Shown in pieces: positions 56,145 through 64,000 of a stretch of DNA of 64,000 nt. The DNA lies in the NCBI GenBank assembly GCA_963791935.1, contig CAWBUH010000009.1, forward strand, positions 57,108 through 121,107, given 5' to 3'. The DNA comes from Terriglobia bacterium (lineage in GTDB: Bacteria; Acidobacteriota; Terriglobia; Bryobacterales; Bryobacteraceae). Numbering within the stretch: position 1 is the first letter of the stretch; each line of letters opens with the position of its first letter. The position numbers and the translations under genes were made by a program. The notes beneath the pieces are model-generated. The model worked only from the letters and a program-made list of their open reading frames with translations. It had not been told where the DNA came from and ran no database searches.

Positions 56145-57499
56145 TCACGGCCTACCTTTGCGAGCGCATCGCGCAGGCTTAGATCGATGAGGCTCACCAT
56201 TTCATCAATGTCTCCCTCCTCCGCGATAAGCGGCGGAGCTACGGCAAACCAGGTCGGATCTACGCGCAACACGATGCCGCGCGCGATAGCGGTCTTCTTC
56301 AACTCTTTGCCTAACGCTGCAAACGGCTCCATGGTTCGGGTGTCTTTCACGAGCTCGACGCCAAGCAAAGTACCCTTGCCCCGAACTTCGCGGACGACTC
56401 CGTACTTCTTGAGACAGGAAAGCTTTTGTCGCAGGTATCCGCCCAGCCGCTCGGCCTTCGTGCACAGATCCTGATCTAGAATCTCCTGCAAAACAGCCAA
56501 ACCGACGGCGCAGGCAAGCGGATTTCCAGCAAAGGTGTGACCGTGTGCAAAATGGAGTCCCTCTTCCGGCGCTCCTTCGAAGGCATCAGCCATATCTTCC
56601 CGTGCAATCATTGCACCTAACGGGATGGCGCCGCTCGAGATGCCCTTGCCGGTGCAGATAATGTCGGGAGTAACACCGAACGTCTGCGCGGCGAACATAT
56701 TGCCGGTCTTACCGAATCCGGTAATCACTTCATCGAAGATCAGTAGAACGTCATACTTATGGCAGATCTCGCGCAAGATGCGGAAATATTCGTCGGTCGG
56801 CGTGATGATCCCGCCAGTGTTGCCAATCGGCTCGACGAGTACGCCGGCCACAGTGTCCGGGTCTTCCTGCAGAATGACATCTTCCACCGAGCGCGCCGCG
56901 AAGCGATTGGCTTCTTCCCAAGTGGGGAACCGGTCTCGGTAAAAGCTGGGCGGGAAGACTTTAAGGAAGCCATCCATCTGCGGCTCGAACTTTGATTTGC
57001 GAGCGCCGTTACCGCTGGCACCCATGCCGCCGAACGTGCCGCCGTGATACGCATAGTACCGGCTGATGAACTTATATTTACCGGGGCGTCCACTTTGCTT
57101 GAAATATTGACGGGTGAACTTTAGGGCGCATTCGACCGCTTCCGAACCGCCGCTCAACGGCTTGACGAACTTCAGATTGCCCGGCGCAACGTCCCCTACC
57201 TTCTCGATGAAGTCGAGCATAACGTTCGTCACGCTGCTGAGAGGCGGAGCAAAAGTAATCTTCTCCATCTGGTCACGCATGGCTTGCATGACTCGCGGAT
57301 GGCGGTGGCCCAAGCTGGCAACGAAGATGCCCCCAATGGCGTCAAAGTAGCGCTTTCCTTGCGAATCCCAGTAATATAAGCCCTCGGCGCGTTCGATGAC
57401 TAACGGATTTTGTAAAAACTCCGAAGTCGCGTGATAGTCGATGAACGTGCGATGCAGCAGCGTGCGCTGCCGTTCTGTGAGTTGCATAGTTGAATTCAA
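56141..57499 (-). CDS. Class-III (omega) pyridoxal-phosphate aminotransferase
   Basis: ..YYWDSQGKRYFDAIGGIFVASLGHRHP.., ..SGGSEAVECALK.., ..LIFDEVITGFGKTG.. and ..ICTGKGISSG.. (PLP lysine context) are present. The start is TTG 57499 or ATG 57487. Confidence 0.9.
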   Translation of the reverse strand: MNSTMQLTERQRTLLHRTFIDYHATSEFLQNPLVIERAEGLYYWDSQGKRYFDAIGGIFVASLGHRHPRVMQAMRDQMEKITFAPPLSSVTNVMLDFIEKVGDVAPGNLKFVKPLSGGSEAVECALKFTRQYFKQSGRPGKYKFISRYYAYHGGTFGGMGASGNGARKSKFEPQMDGFLKVFPPSFYRDRFPTWEEANRFAARSVEDVILQEDPDTVAGVLVEPIGNTGGIITPTDEYFRILREICHKYDVLLIFDEVITGFGKTGNMFAAQTFGVTPDIICTGKGISSGAIPLGAMIAREDMADAFEGAPEEGLHFAHGHTFAGNPLACAVGLAVLQEILDQDLCTKAERLGGYLRQKLSCLKKYGVVREVRGKGTLLGVELVKDTRTMEPFAALGKELKKTAIARGIVLRVDPTWFAVAPPLIAEEGDIDEMVSLIDLSLRDALAKVGRE

Positions 57500-58269
57500 T
57501 CGGCTGGCGGCAAGCCGGAGCTGAAGCCTCCGTCAACGGAGACGGCCGCCCCTGTCATGAACGATGCCTCGTCGCTCGCGAGGAAAGCGGCCACTCGCGC
57601 AACCTCCTCGGGTTTGCCGATACGACGAAGCGCGTGAAGCTTACCCGCCTGTTGTCGGGCCAACTCGGGATCGGGCTGCGCAAGGAAGTATCCTTCAGCT
57701 AAACCGGCATCGATATAGCCCGGGCAAATAGCGTTGACCCGAATGCCTTCTCCCCCGTGATCAATAGCGAGCGCCTTGGTGAAGCCGAGGATAGCGGCTT
57801 TGGTCGCGCAATAACCAGCGCACATCGGCTCGACAAAAGTGCCGTTCACGGAAGACATGTTGATGATCGTGCCTTTAGTCGTGCGAAGCGCAGGTAGGAA
57901 AGCGCGGGAGCACAAAAAGACGCCGCCCACGTTAACTGCCATCTGGCGGCTCCATTCGTCCCAGGTAGTGTCTTCGATCTTCTTGTTCACCTGGATGGCA
58001 GCGTTGTTCATGAGCACATGGACAGCACCATACTCACGCAGAACCACTTCACACAGATCCCGCACAGATTCGGGAGAGGCAACATCCGTCATCACTGCTT
58101 TGCCGCGGCCACCGCCTTGCTCAATTAAGGCAACAGTTTCGGCAGCTGCGCCGGAGTTAAGATCGGCCACTACGACAGCCGAACCCTCGGCGGCGAAAGC
58201 ACGCGCGATGGCTCTTCCGATACCGGCGCCCGCGCCAGTAACGACGGATACCCTTTCAAGCAATCGCAT
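57496..58269 (-). CDS. SDR family oxidoreductase
   Basis: Contains VSVVTGAGAGIGRAIA, NNAA, YCATKAAI and PGYI. Confidence 0.9.
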   Translation of the reverse strand: MRLLERVSVVTGAGAGIGRAIARAFAAEGSAVVVADLNSGAAAETVALIEQGGGRGKAVMTDVASPESVRDLCEVVLREYGAVHVLMNNAAIQVNKKIEDTTWDEWSRQMAVNVGGVFLCSRAFLPALRTTKGTIINMSSVNGTFVEPMCAGYCATKAAILGFTKALAIDHGGEGIRVNAICPGYIDAGLAEGYFLAQPDPELARQQAGKLHALRRIGKPEEVARVAAFLASDEASFMTGAAVSVDGGFSSGLPPAD

Positions 58270-58320
58270 GGGGTGGCCTGCAGTTTGGAAAATTCATCTC
58301 TTGCCATTTCTCCTTGGAAA

Positions 58321-61300
58321 CTAGAAGAAGAGACGCATACCGAATTGCATCCGGCGATTGTCTACCGATGTGGAGAAGATTTGACCGATGCTCGGGTCTC
58401 CCACCGTGGCGTCGGGCGCTGAGAAATTAGGGTGGTTGAAGGTGTTAAACGCGTCCGCGCGCACTTGAAGATTGAAGCGCTCTGTAACTCTGAACGTCTT
58501 GAAGAGCGAAGAATCAAGCTGCTGCAGGCCGTCGGTATGCAGGGGGTTGATGCCGGCGTTGCCATACGTATCCGGAACCAAGTCGTCGCTGAAGCAGCTT
58601 GGGTCGAACCACATATTTACACCGGGATTCGATATGGACCCGTTGCAAGTGCGATTGGGGCGGTTAGTTTGTCCGTTGTTGAGCAGGCTGACACCGGACC
58701 TTACGTCGAAACGCAAACCGCTGCGAATGGTCAGAAAGCCCGAATATTGCCAGCCGCCTAAAATGGCGTCGACCCAGCGATTGGTATTGGAGAGAAACTG
58801 CCGGCCGCGACCAACAGGCACCTCATAAGTAAACTGTGCACTAAAGAGATGCGCAATGTCCTGCGTGGTCGGGCCGTAATACTGATTGAGGTCGGACTGG
58901 TTGATGTTATTACCGTTCGCGAAGTTTCGCGCATGAGCATAGCTGGCATTGACCGTGATTCCTCGGCCGAGCTGGGCAGCGAAGCGCGCCGTCAGCGCGT
59001 CATACCAGCTGCTGGCAACCGAGTACTGGACCGGAATGTCGCCCAGCTGAGGATATTCCGACGCAAGCGGCCGCGCCAGATTGTAATCGGTGCCGAGAGG
59101 CTGCGGAGTGGCTTGATTAATGTTCGTCGTGTGATTGTTATGTAGTCCGCGAACACTGAGATAACCGACATCCAGCAGAACGCCGCGGAGGAGCTCACGT
59201 TGGATGTTGATCGAGGTCTGCGCGACCTCCTGGCTTCTCCATTTGTAGTTCGTGCCCCGAATTACCGCGTTTTCGGGAATTACCAGAGCACCGGAAGCAT
59301 CATGAACGGCGCTGGCAACCGGGATGCCGTCCCGTGACAATAACAGATCCGGCGTCAGATTGTTGGAAGACAATAACTGCTGTTTGGCGTAGTTTGGATA
59401 GCCTAAGCCAAGAATTGTGAGTGGTCCGGTCCAGTAGGCTTGCCAATAGGAGATGCCAAATCCGGCCCGGAAGCTGGTCTTTCCTTTATCGGGCGACCAG
59501 GCAAGACCCACGCGTGGGCCGAGATCGCCCTTATCGAGATTCAGCGCAGGGCTGCGGTCGCTGCTTGAAGCAACAACCAGCTGGTTCGTTCTGGTGTCCC
59601 AATTGGATTGACGGTTGTAGCGCTCAATTGGACGTGTTGTCAGCTCATAGCGAAAGCCAATGTTCAGTGTCAATGAAGGCAGAACTTTGAAATCGTCCTG
59701 CGCATAAAATGCGTTTTGCCAGAACGTCTGATACGGCACTCCGTTTACAAAACGGGCGCGCGCACTGCTGGTCATGGTGCCGAGGAGGAAGCTAGGATAG
59801 GCGAAAGGCGGAGCAACGCCGTCGAATGATGTCATCGATTGATCAAAGGAAATAGAGCCGCGTGGGTCGTCTCCGCCAATCGTGTCGGCCGAAACGTCGG
59901 CGATGTGGTTAAGGTTGGCTCCCACCTTTATCGTGTGGCGGCCCTTGACCCAGGTGTAGTTATCGGTCAAAGAGATGGCATTGCTGACAATGTAACCAAC
60001 CCAATCCGGACTGGCGAAGTTCTGTATAGGATTGAGCGAAGTCTCGAAAACGCCAATGGTTGTAGGATCACCAAGATTGCCGTTGGGAATGCCATAGAAG
60101 TTGTTCCAGGCCTTGTCCATGGAATTGCTATTCGTCTTTACATTGCTCCGGTTGTAGCCGATGCGGGCTTCATTTGCTTGCGAGGCGCTTAACGTGCTCA
60201 GAAGGGTGAGCTGCATGTTCTGATTGAAGCTCTGCGAATTAGCTTGGCCATCCTGAAAAAATTGATTGATATCGGTCGAGTTGCCATTGGTGGCGTCCAG
60301 CACCGAGTAACGATAAAGCCAGCGATGTTTCTCGGATTGATTGAAATCGATACGGGCATCCGCTTGGTGGGCATCCTGCGTGTTGCGGTAGAGGTACCGG
60401 AGATTGTTGGTCAGCCCCGGGAGGTTTGCCACACCGAAGACCCGGTCGGCATTCATTTTGGACGCGGCGGGATCGAAGCGGCTCGCAGGGATGATATTGC
60501 CGACAAACGGAGACTGTGAAATGATGTTGCCGCTGGAATCAAAACGCCTCGAAAACGGATCGTACAGCTGCCCATAATTCGGTTCTCCCGCGGGCTTGTC
60601 GAGCGTGTAGAGCTCGGAGAAGTCGCCCTGATACATCTTGTCAGTGGGAGCGCTGGTGAATTCGGTGTTGCTGGTGCGAAACAGAGTGCCCTGGTAATCG
60701 GCAAAGAAGAAGAGTTTGTTTTTGCGAATCGGGCCGCCGATCGCACCTCCAAACTGATTGCGCCGGAAAGGCGTGGATTCCGCTGCGAAATAGTTATTCG
60801 CGTCGGTTGCATTATTTCGGAGATATTCGAATGCTGAACCGTGAAGGTCGTTAGTGCCGGACTTCGTAACTACATTGATGACGGCGCTGCCCGAAAAGCC
60901 ATATTCGGCATCGTATTTACCGGCGTAAACCTGCACTTCCTGGATACCTTCGATCGGCGGAACAACGCCGATGTAGGCGTTCTGCGGCTCCCGATTGTAA
61001 ATGCCCTCGATATAGACACCGTTCGCGTTGGCATCCACGCCACCTAGCGAGCTAAGCTGTGGGCGAGTTAGTCCGACTGCCGAGCCGTTTTCGCCGCCGT
61101 TCGATCCGTAGTTGCCGCTGCCCGCACCGTTATTTGCACCCGGCATCAGGTTCATTTGATAGAGCGGATTGCGATCAAGGTTGGGCAATTGGTCAAGCGC
61201 TTTGTAGCCGAAGGTCTGACTCAATTCGGCGCTTTCAGTATTGACGGTGTTTGGATGCGCCTGAACCTCAATGGACTGACGGACTTCGCCAACTTGCATC

Positions 61301-61662
61301 GTGAAGTCGATTCGCGCTGTTCCGCCGGCAGTAATCTCCACACTGTTCTCGATAGCGCGTTGGAAACCGGCCACCTCTGCTTCCACGCGGTATTGGCCCG
61401 GAATTAAGAAGTTGATTAGATAGCTGCCGCCGTCTTGGCTGGGCGCCGTAGTCGCGATATTTGTCTCTTGGTTAATGGCTCGGACGGTTGCACCGGAAAT
61501 GACAGCCCCTCCGGAGTCGGTGACGATGCCGGCGATCTTGCCCGTGTTGATTTGCGCTGCGACAGGGAAGCGCATAGCGAGGAGGAGCACGATTGCGACT
61601 GCGAGGCGCCACTCGTGCAAAGCGAAGTTTGCTGGCAAACGAAAAAAGTAACGCTGGAACAT
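58321..61662 (-). CDS. TonB-dependent receptor with N-terminal carboxypeptidase-regulatory-like domain
   Basis: ..GKIAGIVTDSGGAVISGATVRAINQETNIATTAPSQDGGSYLINFLIPGQYRVEAEVAGFQ.. and a barrel ending ..FGMRLFF. Confidence 0.9.
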   Translation of the reverse strand: MFQRYFFRLPANFALHEWRLAVAIVLLLAMRFPVAAQINTGKIAGIVTDSGGAVISGATVRAINQETNIATTAPSQDGGSYLINFLIPGQYRVEAEVAGFQRAIENSVEITAGGTARIDFTMQVGEVRQSIEVQAHPNTVNTESAELSQTFGYKALDQLPNLDRNPLYQMNLMPGANNGAGSGNYGSNGGENGSAVGLTRPQLSSLGGVDANANGVYIEGIYNREPQNAYIGVVPPIEGIQEVQVYAGKYDAEYGFSGSAVINVVTKSGTNDLHGSAFEYLRNNATDANNYFAAESTPFRRNQFGGAIGGPIRKNKLFFFADYQGTLFRTSNTEFTSAPTDKMYQGDFSELYTLDKPAGEPNYGQLYDPFSRRFDSSGNIISQSPFVGNIIPASRFDPAASKMNADRVFGVANLPGLTNNLRYLYRNTQDAHQADARIDFNQSEKHRWLYRYSVLDATNGNSTDINQFFQDGQANSQSFNQNMQLTLLSTLSASQANEARIGYNRSNVKTNSNSMDKAWNNFYGIPNGNLGDPTTIGVFETSLNPIQNFASPDWVGYIVSNAISLTDNYTWVKGRHTIKVGANLNHIADVSADTIGGDDPRGSISFDQSMTSFDGVAPPFAYPSFLLGTMTSSARARFVNGVPYQTFWQNAFYAQDDFKVLPSLTLNIGFRYELTTRPIERYNRQSNWDTRTNQLVVASSSDRSPALNLDKGDLGPRVGLAWSPDKGKTSFRAGFGISYWQAYWTGPLTILGLGYPNYAKQQLLSSNNLTPDLLLSRDGIPVASAVHDASGALVIPENAVIRGTNYKWRSQEVAQTSINIQRELLRGVLLDVGYLSVRGLHNNHTTNINQATPQPLGTDYNLARPLASEYPQLGDIPVQYSVASSWYDALTARFAAQLGRGITVNASYAHARNFANGNNINQSDLNQYYGPTTQDIAHLFSAQFTYEVPVGRGRQFLSNTNRWVDAILGGWQYSGFLTIRSGLRFDVRSGVSLLNNGQTNRPNRTCNGSISNPGVNMWFDPSCFSDDLVPDTYGNAGINPLHTDGLQQLDSSLFKTFRVTERFNLQVRADAFNTFNHPNFSAPDATVGDPSIGQIFSTSVDNRRMQFGMRLFF

Positions 61663-61800
61663 AGATCCTCCCTATGCGAATTCCCCAACATCATATGTTT
61701 TAAGCTTCAGTCAGTCAAGCTGTTTCTGCGTCGACGTGACAAAGGAAGGCAGGGACTAAAAGGACGGTCTCAACCGACGACCGCGAACGGAATACCCGGG

Positions 61801-62511
61801 TTACGGTGCGCGGAACTCTTTCAGAGCCCGACGTAAATCTCGGAGCGTGTGCTTCAGGAGCCGCCTGACTGCCTGACGCGCACCGATCGGATTATGCGCC
61901 TTGATCTCGTCGAATATATGGCGGTGTAGATCGATCCCGGTATGAAAGTTGGTGAGCTTGATCTGTTGCAGGAAGGCTGACATAACGGGGTCTAGCACAA
62001 GCTCGAGATACGGATTATGAGCAGCACGCATCACCGCCCTGTGAAACCGTAAGTCGGCCTCGATCGTCTGTTTTAGATCGCGGCCATCCTCTTCCATGCC
62101 GTTCAGAGCTTCTTCGATTTCATGCAGATCTTGCTCGGTTGCGCGTACGGCCGCTAGATTCGCGCTGGTCTCCTCGAGCACTTGCCGGAGTTCGAGCATG
62201 GACTCCATGTCCTCGACGGTGGGCATAGGCTGATCCCGAAAGAGAAGAAGCAGAGACTCTTTGACCCGGTCCGGTTTGGGCGCAACGGTAAGGGTTCCGC
62301 GGCCTGCCCGAATCTCGACCATGCCACGGTCTTCGAGAATCTTCATTGCTTCGCGAACGACGATCCGGCTGACCTGAAACTTTTCGGCGAGTTCAGCTTC
62401 CTTCGGAAGACGGGAGCCCGGGGCGGGATAGTCTTCGCTGATTAACCGTTGCATTTCCTGGAGTACCTGCTCACTGAGCCTGCCATTCCGGAAACTGCGT
62501 TGTTGCATCAA
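61801..62511 (-). CDS. GntR family transcriptional regulator (FadR/FCD subfamily)
   Basis: ..LPKEAELAEKFQVSRIVVREAMKILEDRGMVEIRAGRGTLV.. is a GntR HTH, followed by an all-helical FCD-like C-terminal domain. Confidence 0.9.
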   Translation of the reverse strand: MMQQRSFRNGRLSEQVLQEMQRLISEDYPAPGSRLPKEAELAEKFQVSRIVVREAMKILEDRGMVEIRAGRGTLTVAPKPDRVKESLLLLFRDQPMPTVEDMESMLELRQVLEETSANLAAVRATEQDLHEIEEALNGMEEDGRDLKQTIEADLRFHRAVMRAAHNPYLELVLDPVMSAFLQQIKLTNFHTGIDLHRHIFDEIKAHNPIGARQAVRRLLKHTLRDLRRALKEFRAP

Positions 62512-62589
62512 TGTACCCTTCCAATCTTATGTCCAGACCGCGAAGATTCTCCTCTGCGAATTTCGTTGACGAGACGATCTGCGAAACAT

Positions 62590-64000
62590 ATGATGTTTCA
62601 GATGCTGTCCGACAGAACTTCTGCCCTAGCAATCCTGCTCCTTTCCGCCTGTTGCCTCCACGCACAGACGAAGTGGTACGTGAATGCACAAGTGCCGTTC
62701 CATGCACCCGTGCTCGATAAAGAAGGCAAGCTGCTGGCGTGGTTCGAGCCCGAGCATAACCGAGGCTATGACCAGGTGCTTCGGCTCGGCTGGGATTTCA
62801 TCGAGCATCGCGTGCCGACTGATACACGGCACAAAACGGGTTTGAAAATTTACCTGATCAACTCGGTTTACGACAGTGACACCTTGCAAGGCCTGAATTG
62901 GCAACACAATCCGGCCATGGTGTACGCGGCGTTTGTCGACGGGCTTGTGGGCTGGTTTCCCTATTCTGGCGATGCGGAAGCGGTGCGCGTCGTGGGTGAG
63001 ATGCTCGATTACCAGCTAGCGCATGGCACGACACCCGGCGATTGGAAGTGGGCGAGTGTGCCTTTCGCAACAGCTTGCGACGACGACCCCGAATACGGAC
63101 ATTGCATTCAGAACCTGCCAAATTCCTTCTATGGCGGTATAGAGAGCGACAAAGTGGGTCAGTTAGGAACAGGCTATGCGCTCTATTACGAGATGACGGG
63201 CAATCGCAAGTACCTGGACGCGGCGATCCGATGCGCCGACGCGCTGGCCAAGAATATTCGGCCGGGTGACGCTGATCACACTCCCTGGGCTTTCCGCATT
63301 GACGCGAAAACGGGAGAGACGCTCGCGCTGGAAGAATATGGCGGCGATGTGGCCTCCTCGATGCGGCTCTTCGATGAGCTGATTCGCCTGAAGACCGAGA
63401 ATGCACCCGCCTATCGGAACGCGCGCGACGTGGCCTGGCACTGGGTAATGCATTACCCGTTGAGTACCAACAGCGAGGCTTGGGACAAGTGGAGCGGGTT
63501 CTTCGAAGACGTACCGCGGCGGCCGACCAACGTAAATCAATTTCTGCCCGACATGACTGCGTACTACATCATGAGCCGCGAGGACCCGTCGGCGGTGGAT
63601 CCGGAGTGGGTGAGCCATGTAGGGCATCTGATCGATTGGGTCAGGCGGCGGTTTGGCCGAGGGCCATTTCTCGGTGCTTGGGCCATTGACGAACAGGGCA
63701 CGCCGGATGGCCGCGGATGCTGCTCGCGCGCCGGACAGGGGAGCCACGGCGGCCGCTGGGCAGCGATCAACGCCATGTATGCGGAAAAAACGGGTGATAG
63801 CCAAGCACGCGAAGATGCCTTCCGCTCGATGAACTACGCCACGTATTTTGCGCGATCAGATGGCCGGGTAGCATGCTGCGGCATAGATTATCACGCGCCG
63901 TACTGGTTCAGCGATGGCTATGCCGACTACTTGCGCCACTTCAATTGGACGATGGGGGCACTGCCCAACCTCGCTCCGATCGGCGAAAACCACATCTTGC
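62590..64000 (+). CDS. Secreted hypothetical protein, member C of the paralog family (3' end outside the window)
   Basis: This ORF is absent from the ORF track because it has no stop in the window. My own translation from ATG 62590 reads MMFQMLSDRTSALAILLLSACCLHAQ... and is open to the window end. It contains KYLDAAI, GDADHTPWAFR, GFFEDVPR and VDPEWV. Confidence 0.7.
   Translation, partial: MMFQMLSDRTSALAILLLSACCLHAQTKWYVNAQVPFHAPVLDKEGKLLAWFEPEHNRGYDQVLRLGWDFIEHRVPTDTRHKTGLKIYLINSVYDSDTLQGLNWQHNPAMVYAAFVDGLVGWFPYSGDAEAVRVVGEMLDYQLAHGTTPGDWKWASVPFATACDDDPEYGHCIQNLPNSFYGGIESDKVGQLGTGYALYYEMTGNRKYLDAAIRCADALAKNIRPGDADHTPWAFRIDAKTGETLALEEYGGDVASSMRLFDELIRLKTENAPAYRNARDVAWHWVMHYPLSTNSEAWDKWSGFFEDVPRRPTNVNQFLPDMTAYYIMSREDPSAVDPEWVSHVGHLIDWVRRRFGRGPFLGAWAIDEQGTPDGRGCCSRAGQGSHGGRWAAINAMYAEKTGDSQAREDAFRSMNYATYFARSDGRVACCGIDYHAPYWFSDGYADYLRHFNWTMGALPNLAPIGENHIL

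Noticed and set aside
1-64000. A window-wide search for CRISPR arrays, tRNA or rRNA genes, integrases, transposases, toxin-antitoxin pairs and known defence-system genes.
   Set aside because: I saw no short regularly spaced repeats, no cloverleaf-like or rRNA-like conserved stretches in the intergenic regions I read, and no ORF with recombinase, transposase, nuclease-helicase or TA-like motifs. The absence is by eye only. tRNAscan, Infernal and defence-finder-type scans would be definitive.

Overview
The window is a 64-kb chromosomal segment, moderately GC-rich by eye. Its gene content fits an Acidobacteriota (Terriglobia-like) genome. That content includes two ADOP-type orphan MacB/FtsX permeases (one next to a PadR regulator) and four very large TonB-dependent receptors (TBDRs) with N-terminal carboxypeptidase-regulatory-like domains. 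It also includes a fifth small BtuB/CirA-like TBDR, Tat-signal Gfo/Idh/MocA and xylose-isomerase-like TIM proteins, and many secreted glycoside-hydrolase-like proteins. About 45 genes are supported. I found no rRNA, tRNA, CRISPR array, transposase, integrase or phage gene.

The segment reads as a mosaic of substrate-acquisition loci, each pairing a TBDR with downstream enzymes, with one-component regulators (PadR, LysR, IclR, ArsR, GntR) interspersed.

Most notable observations:
1. A GntR-headed six-gene operon (TBDR, SDR, class-III aminotransferase, EamA transporter, two secreted paralogs) has a third paralog of the same unassigned family divergent from it.
2. Two tandem GH20-like genes share a 1,088-bp tract with a single mismatch and sharp edges, while their 3' halves are strongly diverged. 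This suggests gene conversion.
3. Gene lesions are unusually frequent: an in-frame TGA in an ADOP permease, a Gfo/Idh/MocA gene with a TAA plus two frameshifts, a frameshifted GH20-like paralog, and a probably frameshifted ~940-aa secreted protein.
4. A cNMP-binding/thioredoxin-reductase-like fusion lacks any CxxC motif.
5. A penicillin-acylase / AstE-AspA deacylase / RraA-like operon lies divergent from an APC permease and an IclR regulator.

All functional calls come from motif recognition by eye on the supplied translations. No database search was run.
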